The translations under genes and the position numbers were made by a program. The notes beneath the pieces were generated by a model. That model saw only the letters and a program-made list of their open reading frames with translations, had not been told where the DNA came from and did not search any database. 64,000 nucleotides of DNA from an uncultured Chthonomonadaceae bacterium (GTDB lineage: Bacteria; Armatimonadota; Chthonomonadetes; Chthonomonadales; Chthonomonadaceae). Numbering within the stretch: the stretch's first letter is position 1; every line of letters starts with the position of its first letter. Positions 1 to 11,613 of the stretch are shown here, in pieces. Location of the stretch: positions 128,001 to 192,000 of the forward strand of contig CAWIEK010000003.1 of NCBI GenBank assembly GCA_963835065.1. Direction: 5' to 3'.

Positions 1-176
1 AGCACGTGCGCCCCCAGCCGATCCAATTCCCCTTCCATTCCCGCTTGATACCCGCGCTGAAACGAAACGAGGCTGAACAGCGCGGCAACGGCAATCGCCA
101 CGCCCAAAATCGTGACCAGCGTTCGCAACCGCCTGCGCCGCATATTCTGCATTGTCAATCGAAACCACGAAGCCAT
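1..176 (-). CDS. ABC transporter permease, MacB/FtsX family (5' part, runs off window)
   Basis: Manual translation from ATG at 176: MASWFRLTMQNMRRRRLRTLVTILGVAIAVAALFSLVSFQRGYQ...; paralogous to the upstream permease N-terminus. Confidence 0.85.
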   Translation of the reverse strand, partial: MASWFRLTMQNMRRRRLRTLVTILGVAIAVAALFSLVSFQRGYQAGMEGELDRLGAHV

Positions 177-190
177 ACTTGATCCAATCA

Positions 191-338
191 GAATTTTCAC
201 CACCAAGACGCCAAGAACACCAAGAAAAGACATCGGGAAAGATAAGCCGTAAAAGATACGAAGCCAATAAGAATGTAGAGACAACTTCTGAGAATTGCTA
301 TCTTCTTGGTGTTCTTAGCGTGTTGGTGGTGAAAATTC
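191..338. repeat. Hairpin element A: 36-bp inverted arms of CACCAAGA-like repeats
   Basis: 191-226 vs 303-338, 2 mismatches; abuts the permease stop codon (337-339). Confidence 0.9.
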
Positions 339-1498
339 ACTCTGCTCTTAATGCCTGGGCGGGATGCAGGCGGCTGGCTTGCCAGGCCGGGTACAGACCT
401 GCCGCCAGTCCGACGCCCACGCTCAACAGCAGGCAGCGCGTAATCACGTCCGGCGTCAGGGTCAGCAGGGGCGCGGCGGGCGCGAGCGGAACTTGGGCTT
501 TGACAAGCGTTTCCAGCCCGTGTCCGCCGAACAGCGCCATTGCCAGGCCCAACCAACAGCCGGAAAGGGTCAGGAACAGGGCTTCAAGGACGAGCAGGCC
601 GAAGATGTGGCCGCGCCCCGCTCCTACCGCCCGCAGCATCCCCAATTCGCCCGCGCGCTCCAGAACTGAGGTCAGCATGGTGTTGAAAACCGACAGTGCG
701 CTGATGGCGACGGCGATTACGGCAATGGCGAATACCAGCGTTCGCACCGCGCCCATTAAATTCAGGAACGCGCCAAGCATTTCGGCCAGGGTTGCGGTTT
801 GCGCGCCCGGTATGGCCTGCAATCGGGCTTGCGCTTCTCCGGTCAGGGACGGGTCGCGCAGGCGGATGGCAACGGCGGTCACGCGGTCGGGCTGATGGAA
901 CATGGCCTGCGCTGTTGCTAAAGGCACGAAAAACTGGCTGTCGTCACTGGTTCCACTGCGCTCCAAAATGCCGCAAACGCGAAACCGCTTGCCGGTTTCC
1001 GGGCTGTACAGCGTATCGCCCACCTTGCGCATTTCCGTTGCGGCGGCTTCCGCGCCCAAAATCACATCCTCGGAGCCTGCAAACCAGTCCGCTCCCTCCC
1101 GCGCTTTCCACCAGGGCTTGAGCGGGCGTATGGACGCATCCACGCCCACCCACATATCCGTGCGCCCTTCGGAAGGGCCGCGGTACGGTCGCCAGCAGCA
1201 GGGGCGCGGCGCAGGCAACGGCGGGGTCGCGCCGCGCGGTTTCTACACAGGAGGCAGGCAGCGACACATCCAGCGCTTTGCCCTTCAACACGCGGGCGGC
1301 GGCATCATACGGACAGCCGAGCGGAACGAGCATCATCTGTACGCCCATGCCGTTCAGTTCGCGGCCCAACTCGCGCTGATACCCTTCGCCAAAAGCAAGC
1401 AAACACGCCAAAACGCTCACAGCAATGCCGACGCCAATGACGGTCAACGCGGTACGCAAACGGCGGCGCAGCAAATTCTGCAGGGCAAGTAACAGCAT
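337..1498 (-). CDS. ABC transporter permease, MacB/FtsX family (frameshift near 1170)
   Basis: ORF 944..1498 has the N-terminal LRRRLRTALTVIGVGIAV; ORF 337..1218 has SVLERAGELGMLRAVGA and GLYPAWQASRLHPAQALR. Confidence 0.85.
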
Positions 1499-1522
1499 TG
1501 TTTCTTCTTAATGTTTGGTCTT

Positions 1523-2240
1523 TTAATGTTTTGTCAGCGTTTGCTCGCCGATATGGAGCAAAATCAGGGCGGTACGCGCCCCATCCAAAAGGGCGGCGGC
1601 GGAAGGGTATGCCGCCTCCGATAGTTTCACGTTTTGAAAGTTTAGCGCCCAATCGGACTGCCACGTTTTGCCGACAAAGACGCGCAAAAAATTATTGGAT
1701 TGCAGTTCGCGGGCAACCGTTTCCGGTTCGCGTAAGCGCTGTAACCGCGCACCCAATACTTTGCCGTTGGCATCAACCGCCAACACCAGTTCAATCACGC
1801 CGGATTCGCCAGCCACGCAGCGGGTTACAATCGTGCCGACACTTTGCTCCGCGCTTCCGTTCTGCCGGAGGATGCGGTGAATCAGAATGGCGTTTTCCTG
1901 TGCTGTCGGCTGCCTGCCAAGAAACTTCGCTATCTGCGGACGCATCCGGGACAGAACAAGCGTATCTTCCCGCGTTGTGAGCGTATTTTCGCGTACTGCA
2001 GGCGCGTCTTTGCGCACTGTGTCGGCGGCTCCAAAAAACCGCTTGCGATCCGCTTCCGGCTTCCGCCAGGGACATAAGCCCGCTTCGTCGTCGCGCGGGT
2101 TGCGTATGGGGAAATCCTTGCCGATGTCCAATGTGGGCAGGTCATCGGGCCGTGACAGTCGCCAGGACGCAAGAGCGGTGATCCCAATCAGCGCGAGACT
2201 TATCCCTGCAAACAACGCGCGCGGCCTGCCTTGTTTCAGT
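1523..2240 (-). CDS. Membrane-anchored FMN-binding-domain-like protein (start uncertain)
   Basis: N-terminal TM segment; GESGVIELVLAVDANGKVLGARLQRLREP...FLRVFVGK resembles the FMN_bind/RnfG fold. Confidence 0.55.
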
Positions 2241-2628
2241 AGCGTACTCCGGTAGCGTTCACGCCGCCCGCCGCGTCTGCCCGCCCCTGCACCCGCAATT
2301 GTGCGTGAAGGGGAACATCCGAAACAACAAAGCCCGCCGCTTTGGTATCCACGCGCATCACGCCGGTCTGATCCCGCAACTTGAACCAGCAGCCGGCAAC
2401 GGGACACTTTTCAATCATTTCGCCCTGTAGCGTAACGGGCGCATTGGTGGTCAGGCGCGCGGCCTGTACGACGGTGACAACATCGCCGGTTGCGGGCGCG
2501 GTTCCCAACACGGTTGGCGCGGCAGCATGGCATCCCGCCAGCAACATCCCGCCAGGCAATGCCGACAGAACGGACAACAGGCGGACGGAAAGAATATAGC
2601 GGCGAAAGAAAATCTGATTTTTGCGCAT
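2236..2628 (-). CDS. Small OB-fold lipoprotein (DUF4920-like)
   Basis: Lipobox LLAGC; VTLQGEMIEKCPVAGCWFKLRD motif. Confidence 0.6.
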   Translation of the reverse strand: MRKNQIFFRRYILSVRLLSVLSALPGGMLLAGCHAAAPTVLGTAPATGDVVTVVQAARLTTNAPVTLQGEMIEKCPVAGCWFKLRDQTGVMRVDTKAAGFVVSDVPLHAQLRVQGRADAAGGVNATGVRY

Positions 2629-3025
2629 AATTGTATTGTCCATAACACCTGAACACCGAACACCGGCTTTAGAGATGTGCCGGGTTGAAGGCATGGAAAC
2701 ATTGTAACATGCTTTTCGTTCGCAGCGCAATATCAAGCGGAAAATAATCTATGCGAATGGTTCTATCTATGTGCGGAAGAGGGTCAATAAAAGGGTTGGG
2801 AACGAAATACTGGTACAAATACGTAGTTTAGAGTGTCTGCGAAGAAGGCAGCGCTGACAACCTCACCCAAAATCGGCTTTTCATTTGCGCTTCGTCTCCT
2901 TGTTGTGACGCCGAGCGCGGTGAAAAGCCGTTTTTGGTAGTAGGGTTTTAAGGTTCTACGGTTTTAGGGTTTTATGTTTTTAGGTGAAGTAACACGCATG
3001 TTGTGTCCTCTTCCTGAAATACGGC

Positions 3026-3049
3026 GGGCACAACATGTTGTGCCCCTAC
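3026..3049. repeat. GTAG-type REP palindrome
   Basis: GGGCACAACATGTTGTGCCC followed by CTAC; flanked by TAGGGTTT/AACCCTA low-complexity arms (about 2940-2985 and 3074-3095). Confidence 0.7.
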
Positions 3050-3091
3050 GAACTCTTATTTGAACGGTATTGACCCTAGAACCCTAAAACC

Positions 3092-3643
3092 CTACTCCCT
3101 GTTGCCATCCGTGATACTGGCTGCGGGAACGGGCAGGGGGGCGGGCATGTCGGCTTCCAGGGGCGGCAGTTGCTCCAGGTCGGCGAGGGCGAAGTAGTGG
3201 AGAAAGTCGGGGGTCGTGACGTACAGCATGGGGCGTCCGAGCGTGGCTTTGCGCCCGGCTTCGGCAATCAAGCGGCGTTCCAGCAGGGTTTTCAGTACCC
3301 CGCCCACAGACACGCCGCGCACGGCTTCAATTTCCGGTGCGGTAATCGGCTGCCGATACGCAATAATGGCAAGGGTTTCCATAGCCGCCCGCGACAGTTT
3401 GCTGCTGCCCCGCGTCAGCATCCGCCCGATCACTTCCGCGTGTTCCGGGCGCGTGGCCAATTGCCAGCCGCCCGCGATCCGCAACGCCTGCAGACCGCTG
3501 CCCCGTTCGGTCAAACTTGCCTGCAGGGAGCGCAGAGCCGCTTCGGTTTCGATTTCGTCCTGCCCAAGCGCGCGGGCAAGGTCGGGCAACGGTACAGGTT
3601 CTCCCGACACAAACAGCAGACATTCCAAAGCCGCTTCCGTCAT
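3092..3643 (-). CDS. scpB: SMC-Scp complex subunit ScpB
   Basis: ALECLLFVSGEPV, LSRAAMETLAIIAYRQPIT, IEAVRGV, GRPMLYVTTPDFL. Confidence 0.95.
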   Translation of the reverse strand: MTEAALECLLFVSGEPVPLPDLARALGQDEIETEAALRSLQASLTERGSGLQALRIAGGWQLATRPEHAEVIGRMLTRGSSKLSRAAMETLAIIAYRQPITAPEIEAVRGVSVGGVLKTLLERRLIAEAGRKATLGRPMLYVTTPDFLHYFALADLEQLPPLEADMPAPLPVPAASITDGNRE

Positions 3644-4464
3644 ATCGCCCCTTGTTCCACAACGGCAAAAAGCCAGATTAAAGCGTACACATCTTTTTGT
3701 TCGCAGCGGATGCGGCCATGCCGGAGCAGTTCCAGCAGGGCGAGGAACGCGAGAACAATGTCGTAGCGCGGGCAGGGCAGATCGAACAGCGAGTCGAAGG
3801 GAATACCGTCCGTACCCGCCCGCTCGATGCGGCGCGCGAGTTCCGCCATTTTCAGGCGCAGGCTCAGGCGCTTGCGCGGCGTGACTGAGGTGACGGGCCG
3901 CTCGTCCACGCCTGCTTCCACAAGCAGGCGGTGCAGGGCTTGATACAACTGCAAGCCCGTCGCTTCCCCCGCAGGGGTCGGCAACATGTAGTCGTCCGTA
4001 TTTTCCGCCGCGCCCCGAAAATAAATGCCCCGGCGCTGCTCTTCCCACTGGCGCAGGGTTTCCAGCGTACCCTGATACTGCTGATACTCCAGCAAGCGCT
4101 GCACCAATTCGGCGCGGGGGTCTTCGGGTTCCTCTTCCGCGCTTTCCGGTTTGGGCTGCGGCAACAGCAGGCGCGATTTGATTTCAATCAGCGTGGCGGC
4201 AATCAGCACGTACTCGCCCGCGACCGTCAAATCCAGCGATTCCCACAGGTCCATATAATCGAGATACTGCTGCGTGATTTCGGCAATCGGAATGTTGTAA
4301 ATGTCCACCTCGTGGGCGCGAATCAGGTGCAGCAGCAAATCGAGCGGGCCTTCAAACGCCGGAATTTTGAAGTGCGGCAGAGTGGTCAGGGAAACAGGGC
4401 GCGTCCCGGCAGGAAGCGTAAGCGAATGGGAAGGTTGTGGCGCGTCAACGGTTGCAGAATTCAT
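3640..4464 (-). CDS. scpA: Segregation and condensation protein ScpA
   Basis: FEGPLDLLLHLIR, IPIAEITQQYL, KSRLLLP, DPRAELVQRLLEY; 4-bp overlap with scpB. Confidence 0.95.
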   Translation of the reverse strand: MNSATVDAPQPSHSLTLPAGTRPVSLTTLPHFKIPAFEGPLDLLLHLIRAHEVDIYNIPIAEITQQYLDYMDLWESLDLTVAGEYVLIAATLIEIKSRLLLPQPKPESAEEEPEDPRAELVQRLLEYQQYQGTLETLRQWEEQRRGIYFRGAAENTDDYMLPTPAGEATGLQLYQALHRLLVEAGVDERPVTSVTPRKRLSLRLKMAELARRIERAGTDGIPFDSLFDLPCPRYDIVLAFLALLELLRHGRIRCEQKDVYALIWLFAVVEQGAI

Positions 4465-4537
4465 CGTGCCCATAAGCATACACGGCAGGCGCGGGTTTGT
4501 CAAGAGAGTCATTGACATTTGTTGCCGTTCTCGCGCT

Positions 4538-5743
4538 TCATCTCTCATTCTTGATTTCTACTCGGACCGTTGTTCCCTGTCCCGGCGCGCTTTCCAGGGT
4601 GAGCGTTCCTCCCAGCGCTTCCGCCCGTTCCCGCATGGAGTGCAGGCCGACGCCCGGTTTTTGCGTTTCCACATCAAAGCCCCGTCCGTTATCCTTGATG
4701 ACACAGGCGATTCGATTGGGCGGCAGGCGCGACAGCGTGACGGCAATCTCCGTTGCCTGCGCGTGTTTGGCCGCGTTGGTCAGCGCTTCCTGCGCGATTC
4801 GCGTCAGGGCGAAGGTGAGCGCGGGACTTAGTTGCCAGGCCGTTTCCTCCGCCTGCACGGAAACGGATTCGTCCTGAACGCGCAGGGAAATTTGCAGACT
4901 GGCGCGTTCGGCGAAGCGCGCGATGTGGCGGCGCAGCAGGGCAGGCAGGTTTTCCCCCTGCATCATTTCTTCCCAGGGGCGCAGGTGGAAGGCCAGGTCG
5001 CGCCCCTCGTTCCAGGCCGCGCGCAGGGCGGGAACTTCCTCGCGCAGAATGTTCTCGGCTTCTATGGGATCGCGCGTAACCAGCCTTCGCGCCAGTTCCA
5101 GGCGCAAAATTGTGCTGACGAGCGCGTGTCCCAGGCTGTCATGCACTTCGCGGGCGATGCGGGCGCGTTCTTCGGCTGCCGCGCGCTGTTCGCGCAGCAA
5201 TGCCAGTTCGCGGCTGCGCTCCTCATTGTTGACGCTGATGCGCCGCGCCACCGCGCTCACGATAATTAAAAAGAACAAATGCGACAAAAACAGGCGGGCG
5301 TAAATGTGAACGGGGTCGGCATACGCGGGCAGAAATTGCCGGGGCAGCGTTCCCATCAGGTAAAAACACGCCATTTTAAGGTCGAGCCAGTTTTTACGGC
5401 GGCGCGTGGCATACAGCGACTCGAACATCATCACAACAAAGTATAATAACCATAAATCGCTGTGGATGCCGCCGCTGATGCCGATGGCGACGGTCATCAG
5501 CGCGATTTCCAGATTGTTGAACAGGGCGGACGCGCGGGGATTGAGATTGCCATGCGTCCGCAGTCCAAGCCAGGTGCGCGCGCCGCCCTCCACAATCCCC
5601 GCGCAATACACGGCGCATACCACGCCGAACGGCGCTTCAAACACGCCCTGCCGGTACGCAAGGGGAATGTACACGAGCAGAAACCCCAGGCTCATCCACA
5701 AATATTTATTCAGTTGCCACATTTGCCGCGTCGTGGTGTTCAT
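4538..5743 (-). CDS. Membrane sensor histidine kinase (HisKA_3, DesK/NarX type)
   Basis: Several TM helices; ERARIAREVHDSLGH, QEALTNAAKHA, DNGRGFD, GVGLHSMRERA. Confidence 0.93.
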   Translation of the reverse strand: MNTTTRQMWQLNKYLWMSLGFLLVYIPLAYRQGVFEAPFGVVCAVYCAGIVEGGARTWLGLRTHGNLNPRASALFNNLEIALMTVAIGISGGIHSDLWLLYFVVMMFESLYATRRRKNWLDLKMACFYLMGTLPRQFLPAYADPVHIYARLFLSHLFFLIIVSAVARRISVNNEERSRELALLREQRAAAEERARIAREVHDSLGHALVSTILRLELARRLVTRDPIEAENILREEVPALRAAWNEGRDLAFHLRPWEEMMQGENLPALLRRHIARFAERASLQISLRVQDESVSVQAEETAWQLSPALTFALTRIAQEALTNAAKHAQATEIAVTLSRLPPNRIACVIKDNGRGFDVETQKPGVGLHSMRERAEALGGTLTLESAPGQGTTVRVEIKNER

Positions 5744-5889
5744 ATAGAGAAAATACGCGCCAGGCAGGAAAATGGCAGGCGCGTTGCGAATTTAGTTGTA
5801 TAGCGTCGCGGCTTCCCGTTTTCATCCGTTTTCCAACTTTTCCAACCCTTCCCGTTCTGATGGGAAATGTAATTAGAAAGAAATTCAGC

Positions 5890-7639
5890 ATGTCGTTCCA
5901 ACGCCGTTTCCGTTCGTTCAAATCGCTTCATCCTTTCCGAATCGCTTTCCTTCGAACTGCTTCCGTTCTGCCGGTTTTGCTTGGCGCGTGTGTTGCATTG
6001 CCATCCGCGTCCGTGTCTGCGGCGCATGGCAAGCGCGCCGGCAGTTCCGCGAGCGAGTTGTTTGCCGAAGGCAAGTTTAATCAGGCGCGCGACGCTTACG
6101 CGCAGGCCGCGCGCAGCGATCCGAAAAACGCCGCGCCGCGCCTGGGCTTATTGCGGACGTATCTGCGCCTGGATGACTGGCAAAGCGCCGTATCCGAAGG
6201 GCAGAAAGCGACAGCCGCGTTGCCTGCTAATCCCGATGTTCACGGCCTGCTTGGGATGGCGCTGATGCGCGCCGGACGCCCCAAACAGGCCGAAGCGGAA
6301 GCCGGTAAAGCGCTGGCGCTGAACCCCAAAAGTTACTGGGGATTGGTGGCGCGGGGCCGCGTTCTGATTTTCAACGAGCAAAAAGGCGAAGCCCACGAAG
6401 TTCTGACTCGCGCCTTTGACCTGCACCCCGAATGGCCGGAAGCGTCCTTTTACCTGCTGCGTACCCTTGACGACAAAACCAGCGACGAGGAAGGCCGGAA
6501 AATATACGGGGCTTATCTGAAAAGCAATCCCAAAGGCCACCCGCATAACCTCATGATGGATGGCTTGTCACGCATCTTAGATACGTATAACCCGAACAAC
6601 GCCTACGATAAGAAAACGGACGCAGACAAAAAGCCGGAGGCGAGTACAAAACCGGGTAAAAAAGCCGGGGAAATCACCTTTGAAGCCATTGGCGCAATCA
6701 ATGAGCAAACCCTCAAGGATGCCGATGCGGGCAAAATCAAGCCGGTCACGATTGTCATTCCGTTTGAGCGCTACAAAGAGGACAACCAGACGATCCTTAT
6801 TCCTCTGAGCATCAATGGCGTACGGATGCGCCTGCTTTTCGATACGGGAGCCGGGCATGGCATTTCGGTTGCCGGGCCTGCCGCCGAGCGCTTAAACCTG
6901 CCTGCCATTTACAAGACGTTTGCGCGGGGCGTGAGCGGCAAGGAAGAGGTGCGGGTTGGCCGCGCGCAGGAAATGAAAATCGGGCCGCAGATGTTCAAAA
7001 ACATCCCGTGTGGAAATGGCGGAAACCTCCATTTCCCCCGATTTTGACGGGCTGTTCGGCGGCGCCATTTTTGAAAAATACGCCATCACCGTTGATTACG
7101 AAAACAATAACTTGATACTGACGCGGGGCAAGACGGCTGCCGCGCCCGCGCCCGAAGAAGGCAACCACATCACGACGGTTCCGTTCCATGACTTCGGCGG
7201 CTATATTTTCGTACCTTTGAAACTGGAAGACCGCACCGAGGCCGAATGGGGCCTGCTGGACACGGGCGCGCAGGGCATGGGAGTTTTATCCTACATCACC
7301 GCCTCGCAATTGGCAAAAAAACAACATGCCGACGCGCAAGAAAAGGTTCATATTGACCGGCGGCTTGGCGTAGGCACGAGTAATACAGGCTTCGACGCCA
7401 TTCTGTTCACGTTTGCCATTGATATGGGGCTGGTGTACAATGCGGGAACGCCCTACTTCATGGAAATGACCCCGATCTACGGCGCGTCCATGATCGACTC
7501 GCAAGTAAACCGCCTTTTCGACTTTCATCTGAGCGCAATCGTGGGCATTTCCTATCTCGCCGAAGCCAAGCGCGTCACCTTCGATTACCCGCGCCACTTG
7601 CTGACGATGGAAGGCGGTCCCAAGACGGAGCAGCCGTGA
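5890..7639 (+). CDS. Secreted TPR protein with two retropepsin-like aspartyl protease domains (frameshift near 7008)
   Basis: Signal peptide, TPRs, LFDTGAG in the first ORF; FDGLFG and LLDTGAQ in ORF 7010..7639. Confidence 0.8.
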
Positions 7640-7789
7640 GGGGGTTGAGGGTTGAGGGGCAGTTGATAGTTGATAGTTTTTAGTTGATAGAGATGCGGGA
7701 ACTATGAACAGTCTTTGACTGCCTGTTTCGTGTCATTGATGAGAGTTGGTTCTTACCTTATTTGCCGTTTTCTGTCAGGAGGATTTACG

Positions 7790-9151
7790 ATGTCTGATTC
7801 CAATTTGCCTTCCGAATCTAACTTGCTTTGCGAATCGAATGTGCCTGCGTCGAGTGCGCTTGTGGATGCGCCCGATAAAATTGCCGATTGATATGCCGAA
7901 ACCGCGTCTTCCGGGCTGTCGCGCCGGCAACTGCTGACTTCCAGCGCCGCTCTGGGCGCGGCGGGACTGCTTGCGGTTCGCGTGGAAGTGACGGCGGAAG
8001 CGCAGGACAAAGCGCCGGACGGCAAAGCGCCTGCGGACAAGAGCGGCAAAGCCGACACGTCCAAAACCAAAATGCCGCTCGTTCCCCTGGGCAAGACCGG
8101 CTTCAAAACGTCGCGGCTGGCGATGGGCGGCTCGTGGGGCGTGGATGTGGAAGTGGTTGCGGCGGGCGTGGAGCAGGGCATCAACTACCTCGACACGGCG
8201 GAAGGCTACAATGGGGGACACAGCGAGCAGGCGTTCGGCGAGTTCCTCAAGATGCAGGGAGCGACCGGTAAAAGCAAGGAGCGGCAGAAATTCTGGCTCG
8301 TGACCAAAACGCACGACCACTACAATCTGGAAAGACGGCTGACGGGCAGCCTGAACCGCTTGCAGCAGGACTATGTGGACTGCTACTACATGCACCAGAT
8401 TCAGGACACCAAACTGGCGTCCAATCCCGACATCAAAGCCACTGCCGAACGTCTGAAAAAAGCGGGCAAAATTCGGTTCTTCGGGTTTTCCTGTCATGAC
8501 GGCAACGTGCCCGCCTGTCTCAACGCCGCAGCCGACAGCGACTTCATTGACGTGATTATGTTCCGCTACGATTACCACTACTACAAAAGCGATGAAATGA
8601 ACCGGGCCATAGACCGGTGCGCCAAAGCGGGCATCGGACTGGTAGCAATGAAAACGCAGGTCGGCGGCATGACGCTGCCGGACAAATTCAACCCGTTCAA
8701 GCAGCGCGGCCTGAACCAGCATCAGGCGGCGATTAAGGCGGTTGCGGTTGACGAGCGGATCGCGGCCATCTGCTCGGAAATGACCAATGAAAACATGATG
8801 CGGCAAAACGCCGAAGCCGTCGCCAGCAAACTGACCCTTGCCGAAGCGGACGCCCTTCAGGAACACGCGCAGCTTGTCAGCCATCTGTGGTGCCGGGGGT
8901 GCGATCATGTTTGCCGGGCGGCAAGCGGCGCGGGACAACAAATCGCGGTTGCCGACTCCCTGCGCTTCCTGATGTACCACGACCACTACGGCAAGCGCGA
9001 ACACGCCCGCAATCTCTATGCCGAACTGCCCGAACACGCCCGCGACCAAAACGCCCTTGCCGCCGCCGATTGGAAGGAAGCCAAATCCGCCTGCCCCTAC
9101 AACGTGCCCCTCGTCAAGCTGATGGAGCGCGTTCGGGAGCGGCTGGCGTGA
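7790..9151 (+). CDS. Tat-exported aldo/keto reductase with C-terminal Cys cluster (in-frame TGA at 7889)
   Basis: LSRRQLL Tat motif upstream of and in frame with ORF 7982; GINYLDTAEGY, DYVDCYYMH, CRGCDHVC...CPY. Confidence 0.85.
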
Positions 9152-9527
9152 GGAAAGATATAAGATATAAGATATAAGATATTAGTAAGGACAGATTCCT
9201 GCTTATCTGCTCCCTTAGTATTAGGAAGCGCTGGATTGCAGTTCCAATCTTATATCTTATATCTAACGCCTGCTTTATCGCGGCGTATACGGACGAATTG
9301 GACTGCGCCGTCGCGCTGCGCTTTCCCCTGTGGCTCATCCCGGAGTACGAACTGCAAATTGCCACGCGCCTGCTCACGATTGATCTTTACCGGGCGGGGC
9401 AACCTCCGGTGTCTGACCTGCAAAACGGCCCCGCCTCCTACCACCGCTACTGTAATTTCACGCCCTATATTGCTGATTTTCTTTCCGACCATCACGCACA
9501 GCGAGTTGTCATTCTGAGGAAGCAAAC

Positions 9528-11508
9528 ATGATGAAACCGGAAACGGAGCAGACCGGCAAAGATGTCAAAAGCCAGTTCAAGCCGATTGCCGAAGCCGATC
9601 TGCAAACGTTGGCGGGAACGGGCAGTTTCGGGCGCGGCCTGAAATACTTTCGGAGCAATTACATCACCGACGCCATTTTGCGCGGCGACACGCTGTATGC
9701 GCAATGTTACGGGTCGCAGGCTGCCGCGTACCGTTTGTCCGCCACGCTGGTTCGCGCGGCAGTGGATGAGAATATGCCGACAGCGGCAGCAAAGCAGGCA
9801 ATTCTCATTGGTGGCGTACCGATAACGGCGTATGCGTGCGAATGTGAAGCAGGCGGGTTTTGCAAGCATCTGGTCGCCCTCCTGCTGACGTGGCTCAATA
9901 AGCCGGAAAGCATCGGAGTTCGGGCGGAGTTTGCCGTTCGGCTTCAGGCTTTCAGTCAAGAACAACTGCTGAAATTGTGCTTGAAACTGCTGGAACGGCA
10001 GCCGGATATGGAGTACCTGATTGACGTGGTTCCGCCGCCGGTTACGCCATCTAGCGAAGCCGGGTCCGATGCATCGGGAGGCCCGGCAGTGTCTCCTCTG
10101 GCAAACGCGCGAACGGTGGACGTGAACGCTATCCGCCGCCGGGTGCAAAAAGCGTTTCAGCAAGGGGGTCGAGGCTACGATGAGTATTACGGCAGGGCAG
10201 AGCGCATTGCCGAAGAACTTCAGCCCCTTATGGAGACAGGCGGCGAGTACGCCGAAGCCGGGCAGTGGGCGAACGCGCAGGCTATTTATGAAACTATCGC
10301 GCTCGAAGCCATCGAAGAGTACGAAGACACGGACGATGAGGGCGACTTATCCAATCTGGTAAACAATTGCTGCGACGGCCTTGCCGGTTGCCTGGACGCG
10401 CAGGCGGCTTTGCCCGAAGCCGCGCGTTTAGATGCCAATGCCCGCCATCAACTCATCCAATCGCTGTACAAGGTGTGGGAGTACGACCGGCACATGGGCG
10501 GCATCGGGCTGGCGAACGACGCGCAGGAGGCGATAGCCCGCAACGTTACCCCCACCGAACGCGCCGAAGTGGAAACGTGGCTGCAAAGTGGAATGAAACC
10601 GGGCACGGACTTTTCCAGCAATTTCAATAACGGCGCTTACGCCCGGTTTCTCGTTGCCTTAAAAGTCCATTCCGGCATCAGCGATGAAGAAAAACTGGCC
10701 GAGTACCGCAAGCACGGCCTATACACGCAGATCACGGACTTGCTGCTGGCAATGGGGCGCGTGGACGAGGCGATGCAGACAGCCCTTGAAGAAACGCCCA
10801 CGCAAATGCAGTTGACTGCCTTCGCCGGTAAGCTGCTCAATCATGGGCGGTGAAAACGTCACGCGCGCCCTGGAGTTCGTGGCGAAACTACAGGAGAAAG
10901 CGGCAGCCGCAAACGCGATTTACGACAATGCGAGCTATCTGCGCTGGCTGGCGGATCGCTACGCCGTTCACAATCAGCCGGGCAAAGCGTTGGAAGCGCA
11001 AAAGCAACTGTTTACCACAACGCCGAGCCTGGCCGAGTATCGCAACGTCAAGAAAGCCGCGCAATTGCCGGGCAATCCCGCCGAGGCCTGGACACAGCAA
11101 CGCCCCGAACTGATTGCCGCGCTGCAAGAGCGCAAAGACTGGCACACACTGACCGAGATTTATATGGAGGAAGCGCAGGCGCGGGAAGCGCTGGATGCGC
11201 TGCAAGCCTACGACGAATCCGAAACACAGTGGCGCGGGAGTGACCTTCATGCCCGCGTCGCCGGGATAGCCGAAACCGAGTTCCCCGACGAGGCGCGGGT
11301 AATCTATCAGCTTCTGGCGGAAAACCTTATCGAGCGGCGTGGGCGCGACAACTATCAACTGGCGGCAAGCTACCTGGCGCGGGCCAAAGACCTGGCCGGA
11401 AAAGCGAACCGCCTGGTCGAATGGAACCGCTATTTCACCGCCCTGCGCGACAACAACACCCGCCTGACCGCGCTAAAGGAAGAATTGCGCGCCCGCAAGC
11501 TACTGTGA
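9528..11508 (+). CDS. SWIM zinc-finger protein with helical repeats (frameshift near 10845)
   Basis: SFGRGLKYF, CECEAGGFCKHLVALLL; C-terminus GRDNYQLAASYL...RLTALKEEL. Confidence 0.8.
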
Positions 11509-11613
11509 GATAAGAGATAAGAGATAAGAGATAAGAGTGAGAAAACTTCTCAAAGTCAGGCAAAATGTTCCTTGCTGACTTCTATCTTCTATCTCTTATC
11601 TCTTATCTCTTAC

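Noticed and set aside
7889..7891. Selenocysteine or alternative genetic code at the in-frame TGA
   Set aside because: The position is in a non-catalytic leader, and TGA is a normal stop in many other genes here.
7775..9049. Long antisense or alternate-frame ORFs (also 35986..37494, 38050..39309, 58879..60192, 42348..43478)
   Set aside because: Shadow ORFs of GC-rich genes that overlap well-supported CDSs and have no recognisable motifs.
9236..9531. Small ORFs upstream of the SWIM gene
   Set aside because: Partly repeat-derived, with no homology cue or clear RBS.
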